In this document: positions 25,871 through 40,200 of the stretch, piece after piece
How the letters are laid out: every line of letters starts with the position of its first letter
Numbering within the stretch: position 1 is the stretch's first letter
DNA from: Prorocentrum cordatum
Taxonomy: Eukaryota
DNA: 64,000 nucleotides
Direction: 5' to 3'
NCBI GenBank assembly: GCA_963575745.1
Contig: CAUYUJ010000103.1
Location: 124,001 to 188,000, forward strand
Notes under the pieces: generated by a model
Database searches by the model: none
Seen by the model: only the letters and a program-made list of their open reading frames with translations
Told to the model about the DNA's origin: nothing
Program-made: the position numbers and the translations under genes

Positions 25871-28749
25871 AAGAGACCGAATCTCGGTCCGGACCTCCGC
25901 CCCGCCCTTGAAAGGGGGGGGGGGGGGGGGGGGGTTCTGGACCCCCCCCCCTCTATAGTGTATTCGGGGAGATCCACTGGCGCACTTTCCGATAACGCCG
26001 GGGGGGGGGGTAGATCTTAGTTTGTTTTAGAAAGGAGAATTGACTACCCTGCACCGCGCCTGACCACCTCCACTGCTCGCGCAAACATCCCACCCACCCA
26101 CCCACCCGCAACTTGGTCGCAAGACTTCTTGAGACAAGACCGTGACGGTATGTACCACATGGCACTTGGCCACGACACCGACGACGACGACGACAGCGAC
26201 GACGACGACGACGGCGCCGCCGACGCCGACTACGACGACACCGCCGACGTCGACGACGACGACGACGACGCCGACGACGACGACGACGACGACGAAGACG
26301 ACGACGACGTCGTCAACGAAGACGACGACGAGGGAGGAGGGAGGACGACGACGGCGACAACGACGACAATGACGATGGATGATGAAAGACGGCGACAGCG
26401 CGAACGACGAAGAAGGAGGAAGGACGGCGATGCCGACGACGCCAACGACGAGGGAGGAGGAAAGACGACGACGACAACGACGACGAAGACGACGACGACG
26501 GCGACGAAACAGGAAGGACGACGACGAGACGCCGACGACGGACGACGACGACGACGAGGGAGGAGGATACCGACGAGGGTGTAGTGAAGACGACGACGAC
26601 GACGACGGCGACGAAACAGGAGGGACAACGACGGAACGCCGACGAAAACGACGAGGGAGGAAAGACGACCACGGCGACAACGACGACGGAAACGACGACG
26701 ACGCCAAGACGACGACGACGACGACGAGGAAAGACAGAAGACGACGACGGCGACGACGACGACGAAGGAAAAGGGAGGACGACGACGACGACGACGCAAG
26801 AGCGCGCGCGCACGCGGTTGTTTTTCGGAAGGTTTGGAAGGTTTTCGGCATACGCGCGCGACGACGAGAGCGTCTGCACTTCGTCACGTTTTTTGCAAAG
26901 GATTCTCGCGACGGCACACGAGCAAGGGCGTTCGACAGATTTCGACATGCGCGCGACGCCCGTTTGGTAGCATGTTGTGGACATCTTGAAAAACCTATGG
27001 TTTTCTGAAGATTTCGCAAGAGCTCGCGCGGACGTTTTTTTAACAAATCAGTGTTGCGAAACCATGTTTTTTTGTATGTTTGTTTGGAAGCTCGATTGCG
27101 AAAGCCTTCCGGCACCGAAGGGTTTTGAAGGATTTCGGCATGCGTGCGCGACGACGCGCGCGTGCGCCCTTCGTCCTATTTGTTGCCAGGGATTCGTGAA
27201 ACAGTGTTATGTTAGAACAAAAAATGTCACCGCATAGTGTTTGTTTACAAGGGAACCTCGGGGGGGGGGATACCGGCTCCCCTGGGATAGTGTAAATTCA
27301 TATTTCGGATGGACATGTGGTCAGAATCATACATGATCTACATATCGGAAAGGGGGGGCGATAACGCCAGGGGGGGGGCAGATCCTACTTTGTTTTTAGA
27401 TCGGAGAATTAATCTTTGACCGTCTTGAAGCTGTCTTTTCCACTGTTCGTGCAAGCGTCCCACCCTCCCTCCCGCAATTTGGTCGCAAGACCTCTTGAGA
27501 CAAGACTGTGACGGTACGTACCACATGACACTTGGCCACAACACCGACGACGACGACGACAGCGACAACGACGACGACGGCGCCGCCGACACCGACTACG
27601 ACGACACCGACGACGTCTCCAACGAGTTCGACGACGACAACGACGACACCGACGACGCCGACGACGACGACGTCAACGACGCCGACGCGGACGACGACGA
27701 CGGCGACTACGACGACACGACGACGACTTCGACGACGACAACGATGCCGACGCCGACGACGACGAAGACGACGACGACGTCGCCAACGAAGACGACGACG
27801 AGGGAGGAGGAAGGACGACGACGGCGACAACGACGACAACGACGACAACGACGAGGGAGGAGGGAGGACGGCGACGACGCGAACGACGAAGAAGGAGGAA
27901 GGACGGCGGTGCCGACGACGACAACGACGAGGGAGAAGGGATGACGACGACGACAACGGCGACGACGACGACGGCGACGAAATAGGAGGGACGACGACGA
28001 GACGCCGACGACGGACGACGACGACGACGACGAGGGAGGAGGGGGAAGGACGACCACGGCAACAACGACGACGGAAACGACCACGACGCCAAAGAAGACG
28101 ACGACGACGAACACGAGGAAAGACAGAGGACGACGTAGGCGACGACGACGACGACGCGGGAGGAAGGAGGACGACGACGACGACGACGACGCAAGAGCAC
28201 GCGCGCACGCTTTTGTTGAAAATCCGTGTTGCGAAACCTTGTGTTTTTGTAGGTTTTTGGACACACGATTTTGAAATCCTTCCGAAACCGATGGGTTTGG
28301 AAGGTTTTCGGCATACGCGCGCGACGACGCGAGCGTCTGCACTCCGTCCAGTTTTTTGCAGAGGATTCTCGCGACGGCACTCGCGCAAGGGCGTTCGACA
28401 GATTTCGACATGCGCGTGCGCGAAGCCCGTTTGGTAGCACGTTGTGAAAGTATTGAAAAATATATTGTTTTCTTAGGATTTCGCAAGAGCTCGCGCGGAA
28501 GTTTTTTAGCAAATCAGTGTTGCGAAACCTTGTGTTTTTGTATGTTTTGTGGAGACTCGCTTGCGTACGTTTTCCGGCACCGAAGGTTTTTGAAGGATTT
28601 TGGCATGCGCGCGCGACGACGCGCGTGCGTGGCTTTCGTTTTTTTGGATTTTATTTTTTTGCAAGGGATTCGCGAAAAAAGTATGATGTTAGAACAAAAG
28701 ATGTCACCGCACAGTGTTTTTTTTTTTTTTTTTTTTTTTTTTTTATTAT

Positions 28750-28870
<121 letters not shown>

Positions 28871-31149
28871 AACCTCAGGGGGATACCGCCCCCCCTGGGA
28901 TAGTGTAAATTCATATTGAGGATGGACATCTGGTCAGAATCATATTTGATGTACATACCCGAAAGGGGGAGTGATAACGCGGGGGAAGGGGGGGGTAGAG
29001 TCTATTCTCTTTTTTAGAAAGGACACATCCCACCCAACCATGATTTGACACATCCCACGCTCTTGCAAGCATCCCACCCAACCACCCGCAACTTGGTTTG
29101 CAAAACCTCTTGAGACCGACTACGACGACAACGACTACGACGGCACCGACGACGTCTCCGACGATTTCGACGACGACGCCGACGACGACGACGCCAGCCA
29201 ACGAAGACGACGACGACAGCGACAACGACGACGACGGCGCCGCCGACACCGACTACGACTACACCGCCGACGTCGACGTCGACGACGACGACGACGCCGA
29301 CGCCGACGACGACGACGACGACGTCGCCAACGAACACGGCGACGAGGAAGGAAGAAAGACCACGACGGCGACAACGACGACAACGACGACAACGACGAGG
29401 GAGGAGGGAGGACGGCGACGACGCGAACGACGAAGAAGGAGGAAGGACGGCGACGCCGACGACGACGGCAACAACGACAAGGGAGGAGGGAAAACGACGA
29501 CGACAACGACGACGACGACGACGGCGACGAAATAGGAGGGACGACGACGAGACGCCGACGACGTACGACGACAACGACGAGGGAGGAGGAGGAAGGACGA
29601 CCACGGCGACAACGACGACGGAAACGACCACGACGCCAAAGGGGACGACGACGACGACACCACGAGGAAAGACAGAGGACGACGTAAGCGACGACGACGA
29701 CGCGGGAGGAGGGAGGACGGCGACGACGACGACGACGACGCAAGAGCGCGCGCGCACGCTTTTGTTGAAACTCCGTGTTGCGAAACCTTGTGTTGTTGTA
29801 GGTTTGTTGGACAACGACGAGGGAGGAGGAGGAAGGACGACCACGGCGACAACGACGACGGAAACGACCACGACGCCAAAGGGGACGACGACGACGACAC
29901 CACGAGGAAAGACAGAGGACGACGTAGGCGACGACGACGACGACGACGACGCGGGAGGAGGGAGGACGGCGACGACGACGACGACGACGCAAGAGCGCGC
30001 GCGCACGCTTTTGTTGAAACTCCGTGTTGCGAAACCTTGTGTTTTTGTAGGTTTTTTGGACACGATTTTGAAATTCTTCCGAAACCGATGGTTTTGGGAG
30101 GCTTTCGGCAAACGCGCGCGACGACGCGCGCGTCTGCACGTCGTCCTGTTTTTTGCAGAGGATTCTCGCGACGGCACACGCGCAAGGGCGTTTGACAGAT
30201 TTCGACATGCGCGTGCGCGAAGCCCGTTTGGTAGCATGTTGTGAAAATCTGAAAAAAAACCCATGGTTTTCTTAGGATTTCGTGAGAGCTCGCGCGGAAG
30301 CTTTCTTAGCAAATCAGTGTTGCGATTTTTTTATATAAAAACAAAAAACAAATCGACTGCGAAATCCTTCCGGCACCGAAGGTTTTTGTAGGATTTCGGC
30401 ATGCGCGCGCGACGACGCGCGCGTGCGCACTCCGTCCCATTTTTGCAAGGGCCTCATGAAAAAAGTGCGATGCTAGAGCAACAGATCTCACCGCAGAGTG
30501 TTTGTTACAAGGGAACCTCAGGGGGGCGAGCCTGGCTCCCCTGGGATAGTGCAAATTCGTATTTAGGATGGACATGTGGTCAGAATCATATGTGATTCAC
30601 ATACCCGAAAGGGGTAGCGATAACGCCGGGGGGGGGTAGAGTCTATTCTCTTTTCAGAATGGAGAATTCATTTTGACTGTCTTCAAGCTGTCCTCTCCGC
30701 TGCTCGTTCAAACATCCCACCCTCCCACACGCAACTTGGTCGCAAGACCTTCTGAGATCGTGACGGTGGGTACGCAATTGCACTTGGCAGCGACACCGAC
30801 GCCGACGACGATAGCGACAACGACGACGACGCCGCCGACAACGACGCCGCCGACAACGACTACGACGACACCGACGACGTCACCAACGACTTCGACGACG
30901 ACGACAACGACGACGACGACGACAACACCGACGACGACGACGACTGCGACGACGCCGACGCTGACGACGACGATGACAACGCCGATGACGACGACGACAA
31001 CGACGACGACGACGACGACCTCGACGCCGACGACGACGAGCACGGCGACGACGAAGACGACGACAACGACTTCGCCAACGAAGACGACGACGACGGGGGA
31101 TGAGGGAGGACGACGACGGCGACGACGACAACGACGAGGGAAGAGGGAA

Positions 31150-31181
<32 letters not shown>

Positions 31182-32448
31182 CGACGAACTAGGAGGAACA
31201 ACGACGAAACGCCGACGAAGACGACGAGGGAGGAAGGACGACCTCGGCGACAACGACGACGGAAACGACGACGACGCCAACACGACGACGAGGAACGACA
31301 GAGGACGACGACGGCGACGACGACGACGACGAGGGAGGAGGGAGGACGGCGACGACGACGACGACACAAGAGCGCGCGCGCACGCTTTTGATGAAACTCC
31401 GTGTTGCGAAACCTTGTGTTGTTGTAGTTTCTTGGACAACGACGAAGGAGGAGGAGGAGGAAGGACGACCACGGCGACAACGACGACGGAAACGACCACG
31501 ACGCCAAAGGGGACGACGACGACGACACCACGAGGAAAGACAGAGGACGACGTAGGCGACGACGACGACGACGACGCGGGAGGAGGGAGGACGGCGACGA
31601 CGACGACGACGACGCAAGAGCGCGCGCGCACGCTTTTGTTGAAACTCCGTGTTGCGAAACCTTGTGTTTTTGTAGGTTTTTTGGACACGATTTTGAAATC
31701 CTTCCGAAACCGATGGTTTTTGTTTTTTCGGCATACGCGCGCGACGACGCGCGCGTCTGCACGTCGTCCTGTTTTTGGAAGAGGATTCTCGCGACGGCAC
31801 ACGCGCAAGGGCGTTTGACAGATTTCGACATGCGCGTGCGCGAAGCCCCCCGTTTGGTAGCATGTTGTGAACATCTGGAAAACCTATGGTTTCCTTAGGA
31901 TTTCGCAAGAGCTCGCGCGGAAGCTTTTTTAGCAAATCAGTGTTGCGAAACCTTGTGTTTTTGTTTGTTTTGTTGGAAATTCGACTGCGAAATCCTTCCG
32001 GCACCGAAGGTTTTTGAAGGATTTCGGCATGCGCGCGCGACGACGCGCGCGTGCGCGCTTCGTCCAATTTTTGCAAGGGCCTCATGAAAAAGGTGCGATG
32101 CTAGAGCAACAGATGTCACCGCATAGTGTTTTTTTATACCAGGGAACCTCAGGGGGGGGAGCCCGGCCCCCCTGGGATAGTGCAAGTTCATATTTAGGAT
32201 GGACATGTGGTCAGAATCGTATGTGATTTACATACCCGAAAGGGGTAGCGATAACGCCGGGGGGGGGGGTAGAGTCTATTCTCTTTGTAGAATGGAGAAT
32301 TCATTTTGACTGTCTTCAAGCTGTCCTCTCCACTGCTCGTTCAAACATCCCACCCTCCCACCCGCAACTTGGTCGCAAGACCTTCTGAGATCGTGACGGT
32401 GGGTACGAAATGGCACTTGGCAGCGACACCGACGCCGACGACGACAGC

Positions 32449-32479
<31 letters not shown>

Positions 32480-34723
32480 ACGAACCAGGAGGAACAACGA
32501 CGAAACGCCGAAGAAGACGACGAGGGAGGAAGGACGACTTCGGCGACAACGACGACGGAAACGACAACGACGCCAAGACGACGACGAGGAAGGACACAGG
32601 ACGACGACGGCGACGACGACGACGAGGGAAGAGGGAGGACGGCAACGACGACGACGACACAAGAGCGCGCGCGCACGCTTTTGATGAAACTCCGTGTTGC
32701 GAAACCTTGTGTTTTGGAATGCTTCTTGGACATGCAGTTTCGAACTCCTTCCGAAACCGATGGTTTTCAAGGATATCGGCATACGCGCGCGACGACGCGC
32801 GCGTGTGCACTCCGTGTTCTTTTTGGCAGAGGATTCTCGCGACGGCACGCGCGCAAGGGCGTTCGACAGATTTCGACATGCGCGCGCAAAGCCCGCTTGG
32901 TAGTATCTTTGAGTATTGACCAACCTATGGTTAAGATTTCGCAAGAGCGCGCTCGTAAACCTTTTTAGAACATCGGTGTTGCGAAAATGGTGTTTTTGTA
33001 TATTGTTGGGGGAAGTCGATTTTGAAATCCTTCCAGCACCGAAGGTTCTTGAAGGATTTCGGCATGCGAGCGCGACGACGCGCGCGTGTGCATTTCGTTC
33101 CGTTTTTGCTGGGGATTTTTGACAACTTCTGATTTTTGATAAAAGGAGAGTGCGCGTATCGTGTTTTTTGAAGAGGGCTGCGGGGGGGGAGTGATACCGG
33201 TTTGGCTGGGGTAGTATGAATTCATATTTAGGATGGACGAATGTGCAGAATCATCTGTGAATTGCAATATGAAAAATTGTATCGTTCACTCCGGCGGGGG
33301 GTTATAGTGGTGCAGTTGATTTTTACATGATTTGACACATCCCACGCTCTTGCAAACATCCCACCCGCCCACCCGCAACTTGGTTTGCAAAACCTTTTAA
33401 AACCGACTACGACGACACCGACGACAACGACTACGACGACACCGACGACGTCTCCGACGACTTCGACGACGACGATGACGCCGACGCCGACGACGAAGAC
33501 GACGACGACGTCGCCAACGAAGACGACGACGAGGGAGGAGGGAGGACGACGACGGCGACAACGACGACAACGACGACAACGACGAGGAAGGAGGGAGGAC
33601 GGCGACGACGCGAACGACGAAGGAGGAAGGACGGCGACGCCGACGACGACAACGACGAGGGAGGAGGGAAGACGACGACGTCGACAACGACAACGACAAC
33701 GACGACGACGACGGCGACGAAACAGGAGGGACGACGACGAGACGCCGACGACGGACGACGACGACGACGAGGGAGGAGGAGGAACGACGTCCACGGCGAC
33801 AACGACGACGGAAACGACCACGACGCCAAAGAGGACGACGACGACGAACACGAGGAAAAACAGAGGACGGCGTAGGCGACGACGACGACGACGAGGGAAG
33901 AGGGAGGACGGCAACGACGACGACGACGCAAGAGCGCGCCGCTTTTGTTGAAATTCCGTGTTGCGAAACCTTGTGTTTTTGTAGGTTTTTGGGACACGAT
34001 TTTGAAATCTTTCGGGAACCGATGGGTTCTGAAGGATTTCGGCATACGCGCGCGACGACGCGCGCGTCTGCACTTCGGTCCGTTTTCTGCAGAGGATTCT
34101 CGCGACGGCACACGCGCAAGGGCGTTCGACAGATTTCGCCATGCGCGCGCGAAGCCCGTTTGGTAGCATGTTGTGAAAATTTGGAAAAACCTATGGTTTT
34201 TTTGGGACTTCGCAAGAGCTCGCGCGTAAGTTTTTTGTTGTTGCGAATCAGTGTTGCGAAACCATGTTTTTTGTATGTTTTGTTTTGGAAACTCGACTGC
34301 GAAATCCTTCTGGCACCGAAGGTTTTGGAAGGAATTCGGCATGCGCGCGCGACGACGCGCGCTTGTGCACTTTGTCCCAGCGTTTGCAAGGGATTCGCGA
34401 AAAAATCCTATGTTCGAACAAACGATGTCACCGCGTATCGTTTTTTTGACAAGGGAATCTCAGGGGGGGCGATACCTGTTCCCCGGGGATAGTGTAAATT
34501 CATATTCAGGAGGGATGTGTGGTCAGAATCGTACATGGTTTACATGCCCGGAAAAGGGGGGCGGCGAACGCCGGGGGGGGGTAGAGTCTATTCTCTTTTC
34601 AAAAAGGAGAATCTATATGGTGCGGTGTATGTTGTGCAATCAATGTGGTGTGGTGCGATCTCAGTTGTGCAGTCTATGTGGTGCAATTCGTGTGGTGCCA
34701 TACGTATGTATGTATGTATGTAT

Positions 34724-34765
<42 letters not shown>

Positions 34766-34799
34766 CATACATGTATATGTACGCGGGGCCATAAATATA

Positions 34800-37700
34800 T
34801 GTGTGTGATTTAATTCATGTATGTTCGCAGTGGGTTGTCAACTCCACTGTTCGCGCAACCAACCACCCACCCACCCGCAACTCGGTTTGCAAAACCCATG
34901 CGGCGGCGATTGCGATGAGGGCTTGGCGTTGGCTGGTGCATCTCTGCGGCCGCGCTCGCCCGCGCATGCTGGCGCGCGCGGCGGCCAGGTAGTTTGGCGC
35001 GACCGACGCGGCTAAGGTGGCGCCGGACACTTCCTTGCGGGTGTTTTTTTTTGCGAGTCTGCGGTTCGGGCGGTCGCGGTATCATGGCAACGTCGACAAC
35101 GGTAGGCACGACGATGGTACCAGCGATGCTGGTGACGATGCTGACAACGACGACGGCAAGGCCCATGACGTCGCCGATGCTGATCATGCCGACGACGATG
35201 ACGGCGCGCTCGTGTCGGTGATGAAGGTTCTGGAGGGAGTTCGACGTGCGCGCGCGGCCGACGCGCGAGAATGGCCGGAATGGTGGTTTTTGGCACGGAT
35301 CGCGCCCCCCCCCAGCACGTGCGCAAGGGCGTTCGAATGATTTCGACATGTGGCTTGAGAGGCTCGCGTGGCCGAATTTTATTTAGATCTGGGAATTTCT
35401 CTGGTTTTATTAAGAACGCGCAGGAGTGCGAGCGCAGGCTTTTTGGGGAAAGCTGAGAAAGCAACGCATGTTCCGTTGTTTTTCGGGGCGCTCGATTGCG
35501 AAGTCCTTCCTGCCGTTGCCGCCGACCCTGCATGGCGGCGACAACCACAACCAGAACGACGAAACTCCCGCGGCCTCTCGGGGGTAGTTTGGGGGCTTCT
35601 TGGGGAGCTCAGAAGGGGCCGCTCGGGGGCCTCGTGGGGGCCTCTTGGGGTTTCCTGGGGGTATATTGGGGTCCTCTTGTTTTTTTTGTTTTTTTTTGAG
35701 GGGCTTCCTCGGGGCCTCCTGACAGCTTCTCAAGTCGAGGGCACGTAATGTCCGTTCGGGCCCCCTGTCTGGGCTCAGCCGTTTTGGGTGCCTCTTCGAT
35801 TGTCTTGGAGGCCTTTTGGACGGTCTGGGGGCCCTCTTGGTTCGTTTGGGGGCTCAGTTGGGCCCCTCTTGGGCCATTTTGTGGCAGTCTTGGGGGCCTC
35901 TTGGCTTGTCTTGGAGCGCCGGGAAGCTGACAGGGCGAGAACGCCGCAATTCTTCAAACAGCTAAGTTAAATTTAGGTTTTTTGTTTAGCGGTGCCCTTT
36001 GTGAAGTCTGTTTGGAGGTTTTTTTGGACGCATGGGAAACAGTTTTGAGCCATGTGGAGGCTGCTTTGGCGACTTGGGGCTGTCGAGGACAGTCTTGGGG
36101 GATTTTCGCAGCGTCTTGGGGCATTTTCGCAGCGTTCTGGAGCTTTTCTGGGCCCCCGAACCGCCCGGGGAGTTGTATCTGACCCAGGAGTTCCCCGGGA
36201 CTTCCCCGGGCCCCCCCCCCCCCTCTCGGCGGGGAAGGGGTCAAAGGGAAAGGGCTTCCCTTCGACTCCATTACGACGTTGCCCAATTTCGGTGTGGCTG
36301 GCGCGCTCGACGACGACAGCGACCACGACGACGACGACGAGTCAAACGGAACAGTCTGTTCCACTCTCCGACAGAGTTGGCGGATTTTGATATCCCCACG
36401 GGACCCGGGGGTGCGCGCTCGACGACGCGCGCGCGTGCATTTCGCCATGATCTGCAAGGGGTTCGTTGCGAGAGGTTCCGACGGGGTTCGTTGCGAGCGG
36501 TTCCGACGCTAGCGAAAGACACCCGTTTGGAATAATTTGGTTGCAATGCTGAAACACGCATGGTTTTCGCAAGACGCTGCAAGAGAGCGAGCGCAGACAA
36601 GACCATTCTTGCGAAACCAAGTGTGTTATATGTTTTTGGTGCACCCGATTTTGAAACCTTTGCGAAACATGAGGTTGTTGACGGATTCTGGAATGCCCGC
36701 GCGACAGTGCGCGCGTGTGCATGTGTTTCTTGGTTATGCCAGCGGTTCCTGGGCATTTCTTATTTGCGATATACGAGTTTGCGCGCATCTGGTTTTCTTG
36801 CAGAGGTTGCGAGGGGGAGTGCGTTTTGGTTCGGATGATATGAACTCAACTTCAGGATGGGCGATGGGGCGGGCCCCATATGTAAATTGCAATGCGCTAA
36901 GGGGCCCGTGGAGCCCCGGGGGGAGGGGGTCGATCCGATTATTCTCGTTTGGGGTTGAAAATCTACGCGGTGGAATTTCCTTTTGGAACTCGCAGTTGGC
37001 AGCTCCGCTGCCCGCGCGCTCATCCCGCCCCCCCGCCCGCGACTTGGTCTGCAAGGCCCGTGCGGCGGCGGCTGCGATGAGTGCTATGCGTCGGCTGGTG
37101 CGCCCTTGCGGCCGCGCGAGCCCGCGCGTGCTCGCGCGCGCGCGGCGGCCCGCTAGTTTGGCGCGACCGACGCGGCTGCGGCGTCGCTGACCTCTGGGCG
37201 TTTCCCAGCCGCACTTCCTTGCGAGTCGGCCGCTTGGGTGGGGGCGGTCTCGCGGCAACGTCAACGACCGTGGGCGCGATGATGGCGGTGGCGATAATGG
37301 TGATGGCGGCGACAACGGCGACGGCGCGGCCCGCGGCGGCGCCGATGCTGATCGCGCCAGCAACGATGGCGGCTCCGTCGCATTGTTGATGATGGTTATG
37401 TCAGGAGTTCGACGTGCGCGCGCGACCGGCGCGCTAGCATGGCCTGGGCGGCATCCAGCGGCGCGGGCCGCGCCCCCCCCCCCCCCCAGCGCGCGCGAGG
37501 GCGCTCGAATGATTTGGTCGCGTGGCGGGGGTGGCCCGCGCGGCAGAATTTGAAAAGGAAAATGGTAAAGGTGCATGATTACCTTGAGTTTGCAAGAGCG
37601 CGGGCGCAGATATCTCTCGAACATGGCGTTGTGGAATTGTGCGTTTGTCTCATGCTATCGGGGCGCTCGATGCTGTCATCTTTGCGAAGCCACAGGTTTT

Positions 37701-40200
37701 CGAAGGATACTGGCGCGCGCGCGACGACTCGCGCCCGCGCAGCTCGCCGCGTTGCGTGCGACGGATTCTCGCGGCATCGCGCGCGCGCGGGCGCTCGGGC
37801 AATTTCAACGCGCGCGCACGCGAGAGGCCCATGTGGTAGCATTTGTATGCACATGTTCAAAAACCAATGGTTGTCTCGAGATTTCGCAAGAGCGCGGGCG
37901 CAATTTATCCTTGGATGCGACACCGTTATCTAGGTGGAACAATCGGGGCACTCGACGTTGACATCCAAGCGAGGCCGAAGGTTTTTGCAGGAGTTCGGCA
38001 TGCGCGCGCGACGACGCGCGCGCTCCGCCCGATTTCTGTCAAGTTTTAGTATCGCTGTAATACTGTTTTTTCTGGTTCGCGAGTGCGCGCGCGTAGTTGC
38101 TTTGCAGTGGGTGCGGGGGGCGTTCCCGGCCTGGCAGGGCCGGTTTGAGCCCGTGTCTAGGATGGGCGATGGGGCAGAGTCACACGTAGATTGCGATGTG
38201 GGAAGGGGGGCGGTCAAATCCGAGCGGCGGCGGCGGTGGTGGTGGCGGTGGTGTGGGGGGGGGGGGGGGGGTCGATCCCAGCGTGCTTTCCGCATGTGGT
38301 TTTCACCCTGCCGAACTCGACGTCATCGATTCCATTGCTCGCGCAATGATCCCGCCCGCCCGCCCGTTGCTAGGTCTGCAGAGCGCATGTGGTGGCGACT
38401 GCGATGCAAACGCGGCGTTGGCTGGTGCATCCCTGCGGCCCTGCTGGGCCGCGCGTGCTCGCGCGCGCTGCGGCCAGCTAGTCTGGCGCGACCGAGGTGG
38501 CCGCGGCGGCGCTGACCTCCGGGCAATTCCCCGCGGGCACTTCAGTGCCAGTCGGCGACCTGGGCGGGCGCGGTATCGCGGCGACGTCGACGGCGGTGGG
38601 CGCGGCGATGGCAGCGGCAATGCTTGTGGCGACGATGGCAACGGCGCGGCGACGGCAATGCCAGTCGCGGCGCCGACGCTGATCGCGCCGACGTCGATGA
38701 CGGCGTCTGCATGTCGGCCATGGAGATTCTTGGGGGAGTTCAACATGCGCGCGCGGGTCGCGCCACCCCCTTCTGCGCGCGCGAGAAGGCGCTCGGAAAA
38801 GGCGACGCGCGGTGCGAGAGGCCCCAGAGGAAAGGACCGCGTTGGACAATCGACGGGCTGCTTGAGCCCGCAGGGGCGTGGGCGGTGGCATTTCGGACAG
38901 CAGGTGTTGCAGCGCCATGTTTGCCCAGGCTGTCGGGGCGCTCGATTTCGAAATCCACGTGGGGCCATATGTTTTTTAAGGATTCCAGCATGCGCGCGCG
39001 ACGACGCGAACTGATGTTGAACGACTTGGGTTGCCGAGCCCATTGCTCGCGTAATCGCCCCGCCCGCCCGCCCTCTTCTTGGCCTGCAGAACCCGTGGGG
39101 CGGCGATCGCGAGGAGTGCTTGGCGTTGGCTGGCGCATCTCAGCGGCCGCGCTGGCCCGAGCGCGCCCGCGCGCGCAGCGGCCAAGAAGTCAGGCGCGAA
39201 CGATGCGGCCGCGGTGGCGCTGGGCGCTTGGCACCTCCAGCGGGCGCTTCCGAGCGAGTCGGTGGCTTGGGCGGTCGCGGCATCGCGGCGACGTCGGCAA
39301 TGATGGGCGCGATGATGGAAGTGGCGGTGAGGGCGACGATGGTGGCGATGGCGACGGCGAAGCCAATGGCGGCTCCGATTCTGGCCGCGCCGAGGACGAA
39401 GAGGACGCCCTCGCGTCGTTTATGAGAGTTGCGGGCGGAGTTCGACGCGCGCGCGCGGCCCGCGCGCGCAGGGGGGCCCGCGCGCGCGAGTCGCGCGCGC
39501 GGTTTGGGTTGACAAGGATCGTGCCCCCCCCCCCCAGGACGCGCGCAAGAGCGTTCGAATGATTCTGACACGCAGTGAGAGAGGCCCGCTTGGTCATGTT
39601 GTTTTCGCAATCTGTGAACAAACGTAGGTTTTCTTCACAGTAGATGTATATTTATACAGGTAGGCTGTTACGAGAGCATGTTGTAGTAGGTCTTGGGGCG
39701 CTCGGCGTTGAACTCTGTGCGAAACCACGCGTTGTTTATGGATTCTGACGTGCGCGCGCGACGGCACGCGCGCAGTTCGTCGCATGTTTTTGCGAGGCGC
39801 GCGCTTGGTAGCTTTGAAATTGTTTTTCGTTCCAGAATCCGTAGGGACGCGGACGCGCGCTGTTTGTGGACATTTCCGCTTGCGAAATCATTGTGTTTAT
39901 TTTGGTTTTCGGGACATTCGGTTTTAAAGTCATTGCGGGCAGGCTGTTGTCGAAGGATTTCGGCGTGCGCGCGGCGACGCGCGCGCGCGTTTCGTTTCAT
40001 TTGTTGCGATGGAGTTTGGAAATGGTTGATTTTGATGAACGAGCGTGCGCGCGTCGTTTTTCTCGTTGTGGGTGTTGTTGTTGTCGTTTCGTTTTTTTTG
40101 TGTGTTTCCGGGTTTTTTCCCAGAGTGAGGGACTGTTTGGGATGGCGTGGTCTCATTGTTATGATGGGGGATGGGGCAGCATCACACTTGCAGTGCAATG
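34800..40200. repeat. Three to four older, GC-drifted copies of a variant satellite unit
   Basis: Same landmarks in degenerate form (AGGATGG, CCCGCAACT, GGCATGCGCGCGCGACGACGCG, AAGGGCGTTCGA) with a variant middle (GCGATGAG..GCGTTGGCTGGTGCATC) at ~34900, 37060, 38390, 39100. Confidence 0.8.
35510..36388 (+). mobile_element. Diverged relative of the 13.5-15.0 kb HINE-like element
   Basis: CCGCCGACCCTG at 35519-35530, one copy of the ~150-bp unit at ~36170-36290, terminal CCGACAGAGTTGGCGGATTTT. Confidence 0.6.

Larger units (their letters stand above)
22397..25989. mobile_element. Non-autonomous TIR DNA transposon with 9-bp TSD (Mutator-like by TSD length)
   Basis: TSD CGATAACGC at 22388-22396 and 25990-25998 (single in unoccupied units); TIRs GAGGGTGCGCCGCTGGATCTCCCC vs reverse complement GAAAGTGCGCCAGTGGATCTCCCC; no transposase ORF. 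Confidence 0.85.

Noticed and set aside
36042..36057. CCACATGGCTCAAAA on the minus strand as a spliced-leader relic
   Set aside because: Short, imperfect match inside a repetitive element and not at a junction.
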